This document shows, in pieces, positions 8,815-16,795 of a DNA stretch of 42,429 bases (within the stretch, counting starts at the first letter, position 1; every line of letters starts with the position of its first letter). Source of the stretch: a phage. The DNA is taken from NCBI GenBank assembly GCA_012697465.1, contig GCA_012697465.1_4985.1; one strand, given 5' to 3'. The notes under the pieces were generated by a model, which had not been told where the DNA came from, made no database searches, and worked only from the letters and a program-made list of their open reading frames with translations. The position numbers and the translations under genes were made by a program.

Positions 8815-9223
8815 GTTCTGCCACCGTGCATTTTGGATGGTGGAAGCCGTCCTGGTGCTGGCACACAGGGCAGCAATCGCGCTGCTGTTCGTTGTCGTTA
8901 CCAGCTACCGGCTGGCGGTGACGTTCCAGCCAGATAACTGCGCCAGCCAGGTAGTTGATTGCGCCTAACAATTCGCGCACTGCGGCGTCAACTTGGCCAC
9001 GGTTGGCCATGCCCTGCGCTTCTTCGGATTTCTTATCCGCTTGGCCCAAAATGAAGCCAACGCCACGGCGGTCACCGATGGCCTGCATAGGCTGCTGGTG
9101 GAATGGCTTGTCATCAGCGTGACGTTCTGCGCCTTTGCCTGTTGCGGCCTGGTCAAAGGCGCGTTCCAGTACATCAGCCAGACGTTCATAACCTTTAACA
9201 TCTTTCATTGTCGTTTGCCCCAA
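8807..9223 (-). CDS. Hypothetical protein
   Basis: 138-aa ORF in the early-left operon; start may be the internal ATG (MKDVKGY); weak resemblance to all-alpha NTP-pyrophosphohydrolase proteins not trusted. Confidence 0.4.
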   Translation of the reverse strand: MGQTTMKDVKGYERLADVLERAFDQAATGKGAERHADDKPFHQQPMQAIGDRRGVGFILGQADKKSEEAQGMANRGQVDAAVRELLGAINYLAGAVIWLERHRQPVAGNDNEQQRDCCPVCQHQDGFHHPKCTVAEHG

Positions 9224-9416
9224 TCATGTGTTTTGCTTCATACGCTTCCACGCTGTTGATGGAGTAGCGAACGCGTGAGCCAAATTTTGTATAGGCTGGC
9301 CCTTTGCCTTTGTTGCGCCAGTTCGCCAGGGTTCCGGTGGTAACTGCGCCATTCCAGCGCAGAACCAGTTCCTGTGGCGTCAGATACGTGCTTTGTTTCT
9401 GTGCCAGTTGTGCCAT
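9195..9416 (-). CDS. Small HTH DNA-binding protein (excisionase/AlpA-like, putative)
   Basis: 73 aa; helix-turn-helix-like LTPQELVLRWNGAVTTGTLANWR segment; could be excisionase or early regulator. Confidence 0.4.
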   Translation of the reverse strand: MAQLAQKQSTYLTPQELVLRWNGAVTTGTLANWRNKGKGPAYTKFGSRVRYSINSVEAYEAKHMIGANDNERC

Positions 9417-9429
9417 TTTCTACCCTTTC

Positions 9430-10419
9430 TTACTGTGCGCCGGTGCCCATCACCTGGCTGTTTAAATCTTCAACGTCCTGCGCATCGCCGTTTGCGTTGG
9501 CGCGCTGTTCGTCATATGCGCGGGCGGCTTGCAACAATGATTGTTTGAATTCATCGCCCAGCTTTTTGCGAATTGCTGGTGGCGTTTTGTCCCAGCATTC
9601 CTGCGTGTACTGCTCACCCTGTTCTGTAACGCCGCGCAGCTTGTTGCGGTAGGCTTCTACCTTCGGATCCAACTTGTTGCCGCCCTGAACCCACTGACGA
9701 AGCGCCAAACCGTCCTGTGCGCTGATGTAGCCGGTTTCACGGCCCAAGATGCCGCGCAATTCTTCCGGGCACTTCATGACCTGCTGCGCGCTGCCAGAAT
9801 CCCACATCATCAGGCTGGCTGTCATTTCAAACATCACGTTCTTTTCCGTCACCGGCATGATGCCTTGCGGTTCATATTCCGTCTTACCGTTAACCTTCAC
9901 CAGTTTCACTTTTTCACGTGCGCGGATGCAGCAGATGATGTGCATGTTTGATTGTAGCAACGCGTTCATGAAGCGCTTGTGTTCAGCCTTCGCGCGGTTC
10001 CACTGCGGCTTCATCGGGTTGGCCAGCGTGGCGATTTCTTCGCAGCCGCCTGTTCCTTCCCATTCGTGACTGATGGAGTCGATCACCAGCACTTCAACGC
10101 TTGCCTGTTCAAATTCGCGGATGGCGTCAATGTATCGCTGCGGGCTGAAAGGCGGTTCTAAATCTCCAATCCAGAACGCGTCCGGGCGTTCTTTCAGTCC
10201 AAGTGATTCCTGGATTTTTTCATAAGTGTCATCACTGGCGTACAGTGAGCCACGGCGGTTTTCGGTATCCAGAAAACCAACCTTTGTTCCGTCGCCGTTG
10301 GCCAGCCCATACGCCAGCATAAGTGCTGACAGGGTTTTGCCACTGCCGCTGATACCTGCCAGGCCGATGACCAGGCGCGCGCCTTCACGTTCCGCTTTAC
10401 GAATATTAATTACTGCCAT
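9430..10419 (-). CDS. RecA-like/AAA ATPase (Sak4-like recombination mediator, putative)
   Basis: Walker A GLAGISGSGKT and Walker B-like LVIDSIS; sits between exonuclease and SSB. Confidence 0.5.
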   Translation of the reverse strand: MAVINIRKAEREGARLVIGLAGISGSGKTLSALMLAYGLANGDGTKVGFLDTENRRGSLYASDDTYEKIQESLGLKERPDAFWIGDLEPPFSPQRYIDAIREFEQASVEVLVIDSISHEWEGTGGCEEIATLANPMKPQWNRAKAEHKRFMNALLQSNMHIICCIRAREKVKLVKVNGKTEYEPQGIMPVTEKNVMFEMTASLMMWDSGSAQQVMKCPEELRGILGRETGYISAQDGLALRQWVQGGNKLDPKVEAYRNKLRGVTEQGEQYTQECWDKTPPAIRKKLGDEFKQSLLQAARAYDEQRANANGDAQDVEDLNSQVMGTGAQ

Positions 10420-10446
10420 TATTTTTAATCTCTCAGGTTATGGAAA

Positions 10447-11589
10447 TTAAGCCGCACCAATCAGGTGGGCGTTTTTGTTCGCGTGCCACGCTGGCAGGCT
10501 GATGGTCTGGATTTTGTCACCGTAGCCAGGCCATTCACCTGTGCGCACGCATTCTGCATAAACGCGCAAATCATGCTGGTACTGAGCGCGGCCAATTTCT
10601 ACGCCTTCGCTATCCAGTACATAAACACCAACTGCGTAAGGCGGTTTTTTCTCAACGGCGATAAACGCAAAGTGTTTAGGATAACCACGCCAGAAATCAG
10701 GGCGGCAGCGGCACAGAACGCCGGTCACCGGATCAGTCCAGTAAACTGATAATTCTGCTTTGCCTTCCTGCGGAGGATTGCATTTTCCCTGTTCCAACGC
10801 CAGGCGCGTGCCGTCCATGTAGTATGCGTGTTGCACATCATAGCGCCAGTTGGCTATTGATTTTGCAAACCCTTCCGGGCTGGCATCTTCGGTGGTTTTC
10901 AAGTCACCAATGATGTCTTTGACGTGGTGCAGGATAGCGAACGCAGCCTGGTGATTCATTACCGCGTCACGCATGGCAAAAATTTGTTCAAACGCTTCCG
11001 GTGACAGCACTTTGCGTTCGCTGTTATTCCGCTGCCATTCTTCCAGTACGTCTGACCACAGTGTGACTTCCACGCCGTTTTCGCGCAGCAGGTTGGCCAG
11101 TTCATGACGGCTGCCGCTGGTAGACAGTTTGCCAGGACGGTCAACATTCAACTGGTTGATGATTTCTTTCAGGTCTGGCGCTTTCATCGCGTTAAGCTGT
11201 TCAGTAGTCCAGGTTTCAACAGGCTGGTTTTCCAGGATGCGTTCAACCAGTTCGCCTTTGTTGCCACCAGTCAGCAACTTAGGCAGGCGGCCTTCGTTCA
11301 GCTTGTTGACCATTTCCACCAGCACTTCGCGGTCATCAATAGCATCAGGCACATCAGAACGTCGCAGCGCCAGGCAATAGGTTTTTGCGAATTCTTCCGG
11401 TTCAAGAATTGCCATATGCACAGCCGTGCCGATTTCCTGTGCTGGTGTTGGCGTACGGTCATTAGCAGCAGTCACAACAGCGTTGTAGTGCATCGGGCTG
11501 CGGTGCACCAAATCCAGGCCAGACTTACTGATGCCTGGGCCGCCGTGGTATTCAGCGTTTGGAATGCCTTCGTAAACTCCTGGTTTCAT
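10447..11589 (-). CDS. PD-(D/E)XK-type exonuclease (exodeoxyribonuclease VIII-like domain)
   Basis: N-terminus MKPGVYEGIPNAEYHGGPGISKSGLDL is characteristic of prophage exonuclease VIII-like nuclease domain proteins; first gene of the leftward operon. Confidence 0.55.
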   Translation of the reverse strand: MKPGVYEGIPNAEYHGGPGISKSGLDLVHRSPMHYNAVVTAANDRTPTPAQEIGTAVHMAILEPEEFAKTYCLALRRSDVPDAIDDREVLVEMVNKLNEGRLPKLLTGGNKGELVERILENQPVETWTTEQLNAMKAPDLKEIINQLNVDRPGKLSTSGSRHELANLLRENGVEVTLWSDVLEEWQRNNSERKVLSPEAFEQIFAMRDAVMNHQAAFAILHHVKDIIGDLKTTEDASPEGFAKSIANWRYDVQHAYYMDGTRLALEQGKCNPPQEGKAELSVYWTDPVTGVLCRCRPDFWRGYPKHFAFIAVEKKPPYAVGVYVLDSEGVEIGRAQYQHDLRVYAECVRTGEWPGYGDKIQTISLPAWHANKNAHLIGAA

Positions 11590-11861
11590 TCGTTACCTCG
11601 CAATTATTATTCAACGTGACTTCCGATTAACTGCGGTGAATTATGGCTGACGTGTTGTTATACTGTCAACTTCTTTATAACTAACATTGTTTAGATCAGC
11701 GTCACGCGGCCTGATCAACAAACCTTAGCTGTACATCAGCCATGCGTTTTTTGCACATCGCGGTTTGATTGACGTCAATGACCATTACTACTGGTTGCAA
11801 CTTCGCCACGTAGTAACATACAATTGCGAATACTTTAAATGATGGCGAATGAACGATAATT
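11590..11861. promoter_or_regulatory. Divergent early control region (leftward recombination operon / rightward replication operon)
   Basis: 272-bp AT-rich non-coding gap between divergently oriented operons; candidate -35/-10 hexamers (TTGACG, TTGCAA...TACAAT); no repressor gene adjacent. Confidence 0.35.
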
Positions 11862-13280
11862 ATGGGCGTAATACTTAGGGACTATCAATCCGACATTATC
11901 AATAGGGCGCGCCTTTCTATGCGGCGCAACCGGCGCGTGTTATTGCAGGCACCAACAGGCGCGGGGAAAACTGCGCTGGCGTCATTCATGGCTGGGGAAG
12001 CATCGGCCAAAGGCCAGCAGGTGTGGTTTATTTGCCACCGCGCTGAACTGGTATTACAGACCAGTTTGACATTCAGGAAGTTCGGCATTGACCACGGATT
12101 TATTGCCGCAGGCTATCCCATGAACCTGCGCGCCGGGGTGCAGGTGTGCAGCATCGACACCCTGAAAAACCGCCTGCACACCCTGCCCGCCCCTAAGCTG
12201 GCCATCATGGACGAAGCGCACCACTGTGGCGCGGCGGGTTGGGCGCGCGTCAACGCCTGGCTGTTTGAGAATGGCGCGTATGTCATCGGCCTGTCAGCTA
12301 CGCCAAAGCGCCTGGACGGCACCGGCCTGGATGACCACTTTGACGACATCGTGTTAGGGCCATCTGTGCGATGGCTGATGGATAACGGCCACCTGTCTGA
12401 CTATCGCATGTTCTGCCCGGACATCCCTGACATGAAGGGTGTACGCAAGCAGATGGGCGATTTCTCAAAAGGCGAAACCGCCGAGAAGATGGATAAGCCG
12501 AAACTAACCGGCAACATCATCAGCCACTGGCTGAAATACGCCAAAGGCATGAAAACGGTTGGCTTCGCGGTCAACATAGCGCACAGCCGCCACTTAACGC
12601 AGGCATTCGTTGATTCAGGCATCCGTGCCGCACACCTGGACGGCGGCACCGATAAGGCGGAACGTAAGCGCATCATCCAGGACTACGCCAACGACAACCT
12701 GGATGTGATTTTCAACGTGTCGCTGTTCGGTGAAGGTTTCGACCTGTCAGCCATCGCACAAACTGACGTGACGATTGACTGCCTGATTGACGCGCAGCCT
12801 ACACAATCATTGTCGCTGGTGTTGCAGAAAGATGGGCGCGTGTTGCGACCGTCCAAAGGCAAAACCGCCATCATTCTGGACCACGCAGGAAATGCGCTGC
12901 GTCATGGCTTCCCTGACGACGAACGCGAATGGTCACTGGCTGGCGATGACAGCGGCAGCAAATCCAGCAGTGCTGGTGGCCCACCGCCGCCAGTCATTTG
13001 CAAAGGCTGTTTCAACGCCATCCGCCGACCACTGCCGCCGAAGTGCCCGCACTGCCAGAAGGAACTACAGGCCGAAGCCAGAGAAATTGAAGTGGCAGAA
13101 GGCGAACTGCGCGAAATGGACGAACGCGCCAAAGAAAGCCTGCGCGCGAAGATGAAACGCGAGGAAGATGCTTGCAAGGATATTGGCGCACTGACCGCCC
13201 TGGCGATGAAACGCGGGCTGCCGAACCCATCAGGGTGGGCCATAGCGAAGATGGGCGGAAGAAGATTTAAGCGTAAATAG
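11862..13280 (+). CDS. Superfamily-2 DEAH-box helicase with C-terminal zinc ribbon
   Basis: Motif I APTGAGKT, motif II DEAHH, motif III SAT, motif VI QKDGRVLRP; CKGC...CPHC ribbon near the C-terminus. Confidence 0.8.
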   Translation: MGVILRDYQSDIINRARLSMRRNRRVLLQAPTGAGKTALASFMAGEASAKGQQVWFICHRAELVLQTSLTFRKFGIDHGFIAAGYPMNLRAGVQVCSIDTLKNRLHTLPAPKLAIMDEAHHCGAAGWARVNAWLFENGAYVIGLSATPKRLDGTGLDDHFDDIVLGPSVRWLMDNGHLSDYRMFCPDIPDMKGVRKQMGDFSKGETAEKMDKPKLTGNIISHWLKYAKGMKTVGFAVNIAHSRHLTQAFVDSGIRAAHLDGGTDKAERKRIIQDYANDNLDVIFNVSLFGEGFDLSAIAQTDVTIDCLIDAQPTQSLSLVLQKDGRVLRPSKGKTAIILDHAGNALRHGFPDDEREWSLAGDDSGSKSSSAGGPPPPVICKGCFNAIRRPLPPKCPHCQKELQAEAREIEVAEGELREMDERAKESLRAKMKREEDACKDIGALTALAMKRGLPNPSGWAIAKMGGRRFKRK

Positions 13281-13287
13281 CTTATGT

Positions 13288-13328
13288 ATTAATAGGTATA
13301 ACCGATTAGCGATATTTACCAAAGTAAA
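13288..13328 (+). promoter_or_regulatory. Conserved ~40-bp promoter/operator-like element, copy A (ATTAATAGGTATAACCGATTA...TTTACCAAAGTAAA)
   Basis: Near-identical element at 19131-19169; contains dyad TTTAC-N4-GTAAA followed 2-3 bp later by a -10-like hexamer (TATAGT). Confidence 0.5.
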
Positions 13329-13384
13329 GGTATAGTTATTTCACCGGCACACAGGTGCCCAACAACAAAAGAGGAAACACCCAA

Positions 13385-14053
13385 ATGGCACGTTTAACCG
13401 CTGCAATCCGTGATGGCATCATTGCCAACGCAATCAAAACCAAAGACTTTGCAGGCCGTGATTTGGCTATCGTTCAAAAGCGCGCTGATTTTGCTGAACG
13501 TCTGCGCCTGTTCATCCTGGGTGAATATGGGCTGACCGATGCGCGACTGGATGAAATTAAGGCGCAGGTTGATGAACTGGCAAAAGAAGTTAAGCACGAA
13601 GGCTCTAGCTATGTGCGAGTAGATTTTAGTGGCTGCGTATACCGACTGGACGTTAACTTATCTGGCCAGTCTCGTTACATTTACCGTAACGGTGTGAGCA
13701 ACGATAAACGATATGAGCCGCTATTCAATACATCGGTTGCTGAATACGACGAAACAAAGTATTCACCTCACACCAGCGAATGTGACTTCACAGTGCGCGA
13801 TCCTAAATGGCGCGAAGAACTGGACGCCATTGACCTGGAGGCCGCGCAACTGCGTGAAGAATACAACACGCTGAAATCAACGCTACGGGCCACAATTTCA
13901 GCATTCACGACTGTGGAAAAACTCATGGAAGCATGGCCAGACGTGAAAGAACTGATTCCAGAAACTACGCCGATCGCTAAACAGCCAGGCACTGGCATTG
14001 CGCTGTCAGTAGCTGACCTGAACGCGCTGTGCGGAATTCCTACTGGCAAATAA
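13385..14053 (+). CDS. Hypothetical protein
   Basis: ATG at 13385 preceded by AAGAGGA; the track ORF begins earlier at a GTG (13355); no motif recognised. Confidence 0.5.
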   Translation: MARLTAAIRDGIIANAIKTKDFAGRDLAIVQKRADFAERLRLFILGEYGLTDARLDEIKAQVDELAKEVKHEGSSYVRVDFSGCVYRLDVNLSGQSRYIYRNGVSNDKRYEPLFNTSVAEYDETKYSPHTSECDFTVRDPKWREELDAIDLEAAQLREEYNTLKSTLRATISAFTTVEKLMEAWPDVKELIPETTPIAKQPGTGIALSVADLNALCGIPTGK

Positions 14054-14095
14054 CAACCATGCCCGGTGCGCCGGGCAATTCTCACAGGTGACACC

Positions 14096-14488
14096 ATGAA
14101 AAAACTTATCATCGCCGCTTTCATCCTGGCGGCCACCAGCGCAGCAGCACAGGCGAGCGAATGCCTGCCAGGAATGGATCCGGCAAAGGACAACTGCCAG
14201 GTGACGGAAGAACAGGAACCGGCACCACAGCCGGAATTACAGGACGTGGACCAGGTTTACTACTGCCTTGAACTGCAAAAAATCGCCGTCAAAATAGCTG
14301 AACTGCGTGACAAAGGGGCAGGCGAACAGGGCGTGGTCACCATGCTGGCTAACAACAACCAGAACCGCATCATTTGGGTGGCGCGCCAGGTGTTCTGGCC
14401 GCAATCGACTGACCTGTCACCAAAACAAATTGGCTTGCGTGTGTGGATGCGCTGCAATTCCGGCGAGTATCCGGGGGTAAACTTCTGA
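14096..14488 (+). CDS. Secreted/periplasmic small protein with signal peptide
   Basis: MKKLIIAAFILAATSAAAQA signal peptide (AQA-SE cleavage context) and four Cys in the mature part. Confidence 0.5.
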   Translation: MKKLIIAAFILAATSAAAQASECLPGMDPAKDNCQVTEEQEPAPQPELQDVDQVYYCLELQKIAVKIAELRDKGAGEQGVVTMLANNNQNRIIWVARQVFWPQSTDLSPKQIGLRVWMRCNSGEYPGVNF

Positions 14489-14898
14489 TGGCTAACAAAG
14501 AACACGCGCTACAGAACGCAATCCGCAACGCCCTGGCTGGCCGCTGCCTGCTGTTCCGCGCCAACGTGGGCAAGGCGTACACCAGTAATGACATTGTGAA
14601 GGTTCCACGCCAGATGCCGGTTGTGATGGGTCCGCGTGACGTGCTGCTGAAAAACGCCAGGCCATTTGACACCGGGCTGCCACCAGGGTTTTCCGACCTG
14701 TTCGGAATGGTCAGCGTGGAAATCACGCATGACATGGTTGGGCAGAAAGTGGCTATCTTCACCGGCCTGGAAGTCAAAGACGGTGCCCGCGTGTCACCGT
14801 TGCAGCGAAACTTCATCAACGCGGTGAACGATAACGGGGGCCGCGCCGGTGTTGTGCGGTCAGTGGCTGACGCTGAAAAACTGGTGTTCGGCAAATGA
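14488..14898 (+). CDS. VRR-NUC domain nuclease
   Basis: PD-(D/E)XK core GFSDL...GLEVKDG...Q motif arrangement typical of VRR-NUC; start overlaps the upstream stop (TGATG). Confidence 0.6.
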   Translation: MANKEHALQNAIRNALAGRCLLFRANVGKAYTSNDIVKVPRQMPVVMGPRDVLLKNARPFDTGLPPGFSDLFGMVSVEITHDMVGQKVAIFTGLEVKDGARVSPLQRNFINAVNDNGGRAGVVRSVADAEKLVFGK

Positions 14899-14973
14899 GC
14901 ATAAAACAGATAGCATCCGACGCACTGCGCTACAGCGTAGACACCGGACGATCAATGATGGAGTGGCTAAACC

Positions 14974-15138
14974 ATGATGACAATCGAAAGCATTCGCAGA
15001 CTGTTTGCAGAAGCACTGGTGACCAGGAACCACATCACGTTCCTGGCAGCAAAAACGGCAATGTGGAATCTGAACCGTTACGGCATGTTAACGGCGCTTG
15101 AAGTGGAAAACCTGAAACAGACGTGGGGTGTTGAATGA
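14974..15138 (+). CDS. Hypothetical small protein (54 aa; alternative to track ORF 14895-15101)
   Basis: Helical-looking translation MMTIESIRRLFAEALV...; stop overlaps the next start (ATGA); below the 60-aa cutoff of the track. Confidence 0.3.
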   Translation: MMTIESIRRLFAEALVTRNHITFLAAKTAMWNLNRYGMLTALEVENLKQTWGVE

Positions 15139-15371
15139 ATATTTTGAAAGTGGCAATGCAGCGGCTGGTTGACGCCTGGAAGGTATCAGCCAGGGAAATC
15201 AGCCTGGGTTTTCAAATGGCGCTGGTGCGCGCTGGATGGCGTCCAAAGGTGCGGTCAATGCAAGTGGTGCTGGACTATCCGAAGCCAGGGCCACGCCGTT
15301 CACGATTCACCGGCATTGCAGCTATGCGCCGAAAGGCACGGAAGGAGCGCAACAGGAGGGCGGCCGCATGA
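15135..15371 (+). CDS. Hypothetical small basic protein
   Basis: 78-aa ORF, translationally coupled on both sides. Confidence 0.35.
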   Translation: MNILKVAMQRLVDAWKVSAREISLGFQMALVRAGWRPKVRSMQVVLDYPKPGPRRSRFTGIAAMRRKARKERNRRAAA

Positions 15372-15592
15372 ACCCGGTAGACTTCATCAAAAAACAAGTC
15401 ATGGCCGAACTGGTGAAGCAAGGCGCATCACCTGGCACAGCGCAGCACGCGGCTGACTACGCGGCGCAACAGTACCGCACCACGTCAACTATCGGCAAAG
15501 ACCCTTTCGCTGAACTGATACGCCTGGCAGGCGCAATGGCCATGAAGCACCAGGCCGGTTTCCGTTTCGTGATGCCGAAATCATCAAGATGA
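15368..15592 (+). CDS. Hypothetical small protein
   Basis: Internal ATG (MNPVDFIKK...) overlapping the upstream stop (ATGA); 74 aa. Confidence 0.35.
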   Translation: MNPVDFIKKQVMAELVKQGASPGTAQHAADYAAQQYRTTSTIGKDPFAELIRLAGAMAMKHQAGFRFVMPKSSR

Positions 15593-15626
15593 CGTAAGAT
15601 TATTTCAAAAGATATTTACTTTAGGA

Positions 15627-15652
15627 AATGCGCCCTGTACTATGGGCGCATT
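15627..15652. promoter_or_regulatory. Perfect palindrome AATGCGCCC-N8-GGGCGCATT (candidate operator)
   Basis: 9-bp arms, 8-bp spacer, 20 nt upstream of the small HTH gene start. Confidence 0.4.
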
Positions 15653-15672
15653 GTTATTACGAGGCTATTACT

Positions 15673-15861
15673 ATGGACGAAAGGACCGAACGACTTCACG
15701 ACATTATGGCTAAACATGGCTTAACCTGCCGCGATGTTGGCCGTTTACTTGGCCGCACTGAACAAACGGTGCTTATCTGGCGCTGTAAGGGCGGGAAAGT
15801 CATTCCGACCCACCAGCTTGAATTGCTTGAGTATAAATTGTCCGGGGGTAACAAATTATGA
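15673..15861 (+). CDS. Small HTH DNA-binding protein (Cro-like regulator, putative)
   Basis: 62 aa from ATG with GAGG RBS; HTH-like LTCRDVGRLLGRTEQTVLIWR. Confidence 0.45.
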   Translation: MDERTERLHDIMAKHGLTCRDVGRLLGRTEQTVLIWRCKGGKVIPTHQLELLEYKLSGGNKL

Positions 15862-16556
15862 GTAAAGGAATTATTATCTGCCTGTGTGACATCACTGGCG
15901 TAATGGCAAAGCCGTGGGTTGACGCAGGTTATGAAGCCGTTCTGGTTGACCCGCAGCACCCGGAAGGCGTTCACGTTGATGGCGCAATCACCCGCGTTGG
16001 CCATATTATCGACCATCCAGCTACGTGGGATATTTTGCGCCGCACCGTGTCCACTGGTCACGTTGTTTTTGTTATGGGGTTCCCTCCATGCACTGATTTG
16101 GCGGTAAGCGGTGCTCGCTGGTTTAGCACGAAACGTGAGGCTGACCCGGCTTTCCAGTTCAAAGCAATGCACGTTGTGTGGCAGTGCCAGATTATTGGCG
16201 AGATGGCCGGTGTGCCGTGGGCCGTTGAAAACCCGGTAAGCCAGATTAGCAGCCTGTGGCGTAAACCCGACTACGCTTTCAACCCGGATGACTTTACTGG
16301 ATATTGCGCAAACGACAATTACACAAAGAAAACATGCCTTTGGACTGGTGGCGGTTTCGTTATGCCGGAAGCGTTCCGCGATGAAACGTTAGGCGCGCCA
16401 GATGACAGAATCCATAAATGCCCACCTGGTCCAGAGCGTGCAAACATCCGCAGCGCAACGCCATTGGGCTTCGCCATTGCTGTTTTCAACGCCAACGCGC
16501 CTCACCTGCGCCACGCTAACGACAATGAACCGTCAAGCGGTGAGGCTGTCGCGTGA
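15858..16556 (+). CDS. Compact DNA (cytosine-5)-methyltransferase-like protein
   Basis: GFPPC (motif IV-like with catalytic Cys), AVENP (ENV motif VI-like), C-terminal RSATPLGFAIAVF (motif X-like); only 232 aa. Confidence 0.45.
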   Translation: MSKGIIICLCDITGVMAKPWVDAGYEAVLVDPQHPEGVHVDGAITRVGHIIDHPATWDILRRTVSTGHVVFVMGFPPCTDLAVSGARWFSTKREADPAFQFKAMHVVWQCQIIGEMAGVPWAVENPVSQISSLWRKPDYAFNPDDFTGYCANDNYTKKTCLWTGGGFVMPEAFRDETLGAPDDRIHKCPPGPERANIRSATPLGFAIAVFNANAPHLRHANDNEPSSGEAVA

Positions 16557-16783
16557 ACGCCTGTACCTGGCAGCCCACCACAGTGACGCTGCACGATGGG
16601 CGCGAAGTGTTGAGCGATAGCCGGGAATGGTTGCTGGAATGCGAAGCCAAATACGTTCTGAATCAGCCAACCATTGAAGCACGGCGCACCCTGCTGGCAG
16701 CGATAGAAAAACGGCGCGGAGCAACAGCCCGCGAAGAACTAGAACAACGCGCACTGGCCATATGGCGCGCTAACAGGCCATAA
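16553..16783 (+). CDS. Hypothetical protein
   Basis: 76-aa ORF with non-ATG start overlapping the upstream stop. Confidence 0.3.
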   Translation: MNACTWQPTTVTLHDGREVLSDSREWLLECEAKYVLNQPTIEARRTLLAAIEKRRGATAREELEQRALAIWRANRP

Positions 16784-16795
16784 AATCGGGGTTCT

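Noticed and set aside
8807-9223. MazG-like nucleotide pyrophosphohydrolase call for the 138-aa early protein
   Set aside because: Only a vague helical resemblance; no conserved metal-binding EExxE-type motif could be identified confidently.
11590-11861. LexA box or lambda-type operator repeats in the divergent early control region
   Set aside because: No CTGT-N8-ACAG or repeated 17-bp operator-like dyads were found by eye; only generic promoter-like hexamers.
13355-13384. GTG start at 13355 for the gene following conserved element A
   Set aside because: The downstream ATG at 13385 has a strong AAGAGGA RBS at ideal spacing; the GTG would place the start inside the putative promoter.
14895-15101. 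68-aa track ORF overlapping the 54-aa ORF at 14974-15138 in another frame
   Set aside because: Both have ATGA-type coupling on one side; the 68-aa translation looks less protein-like than the 54-aa one. This cannot be settled without comparative data, so only the 54-aa ORF is listed, at low confidence.
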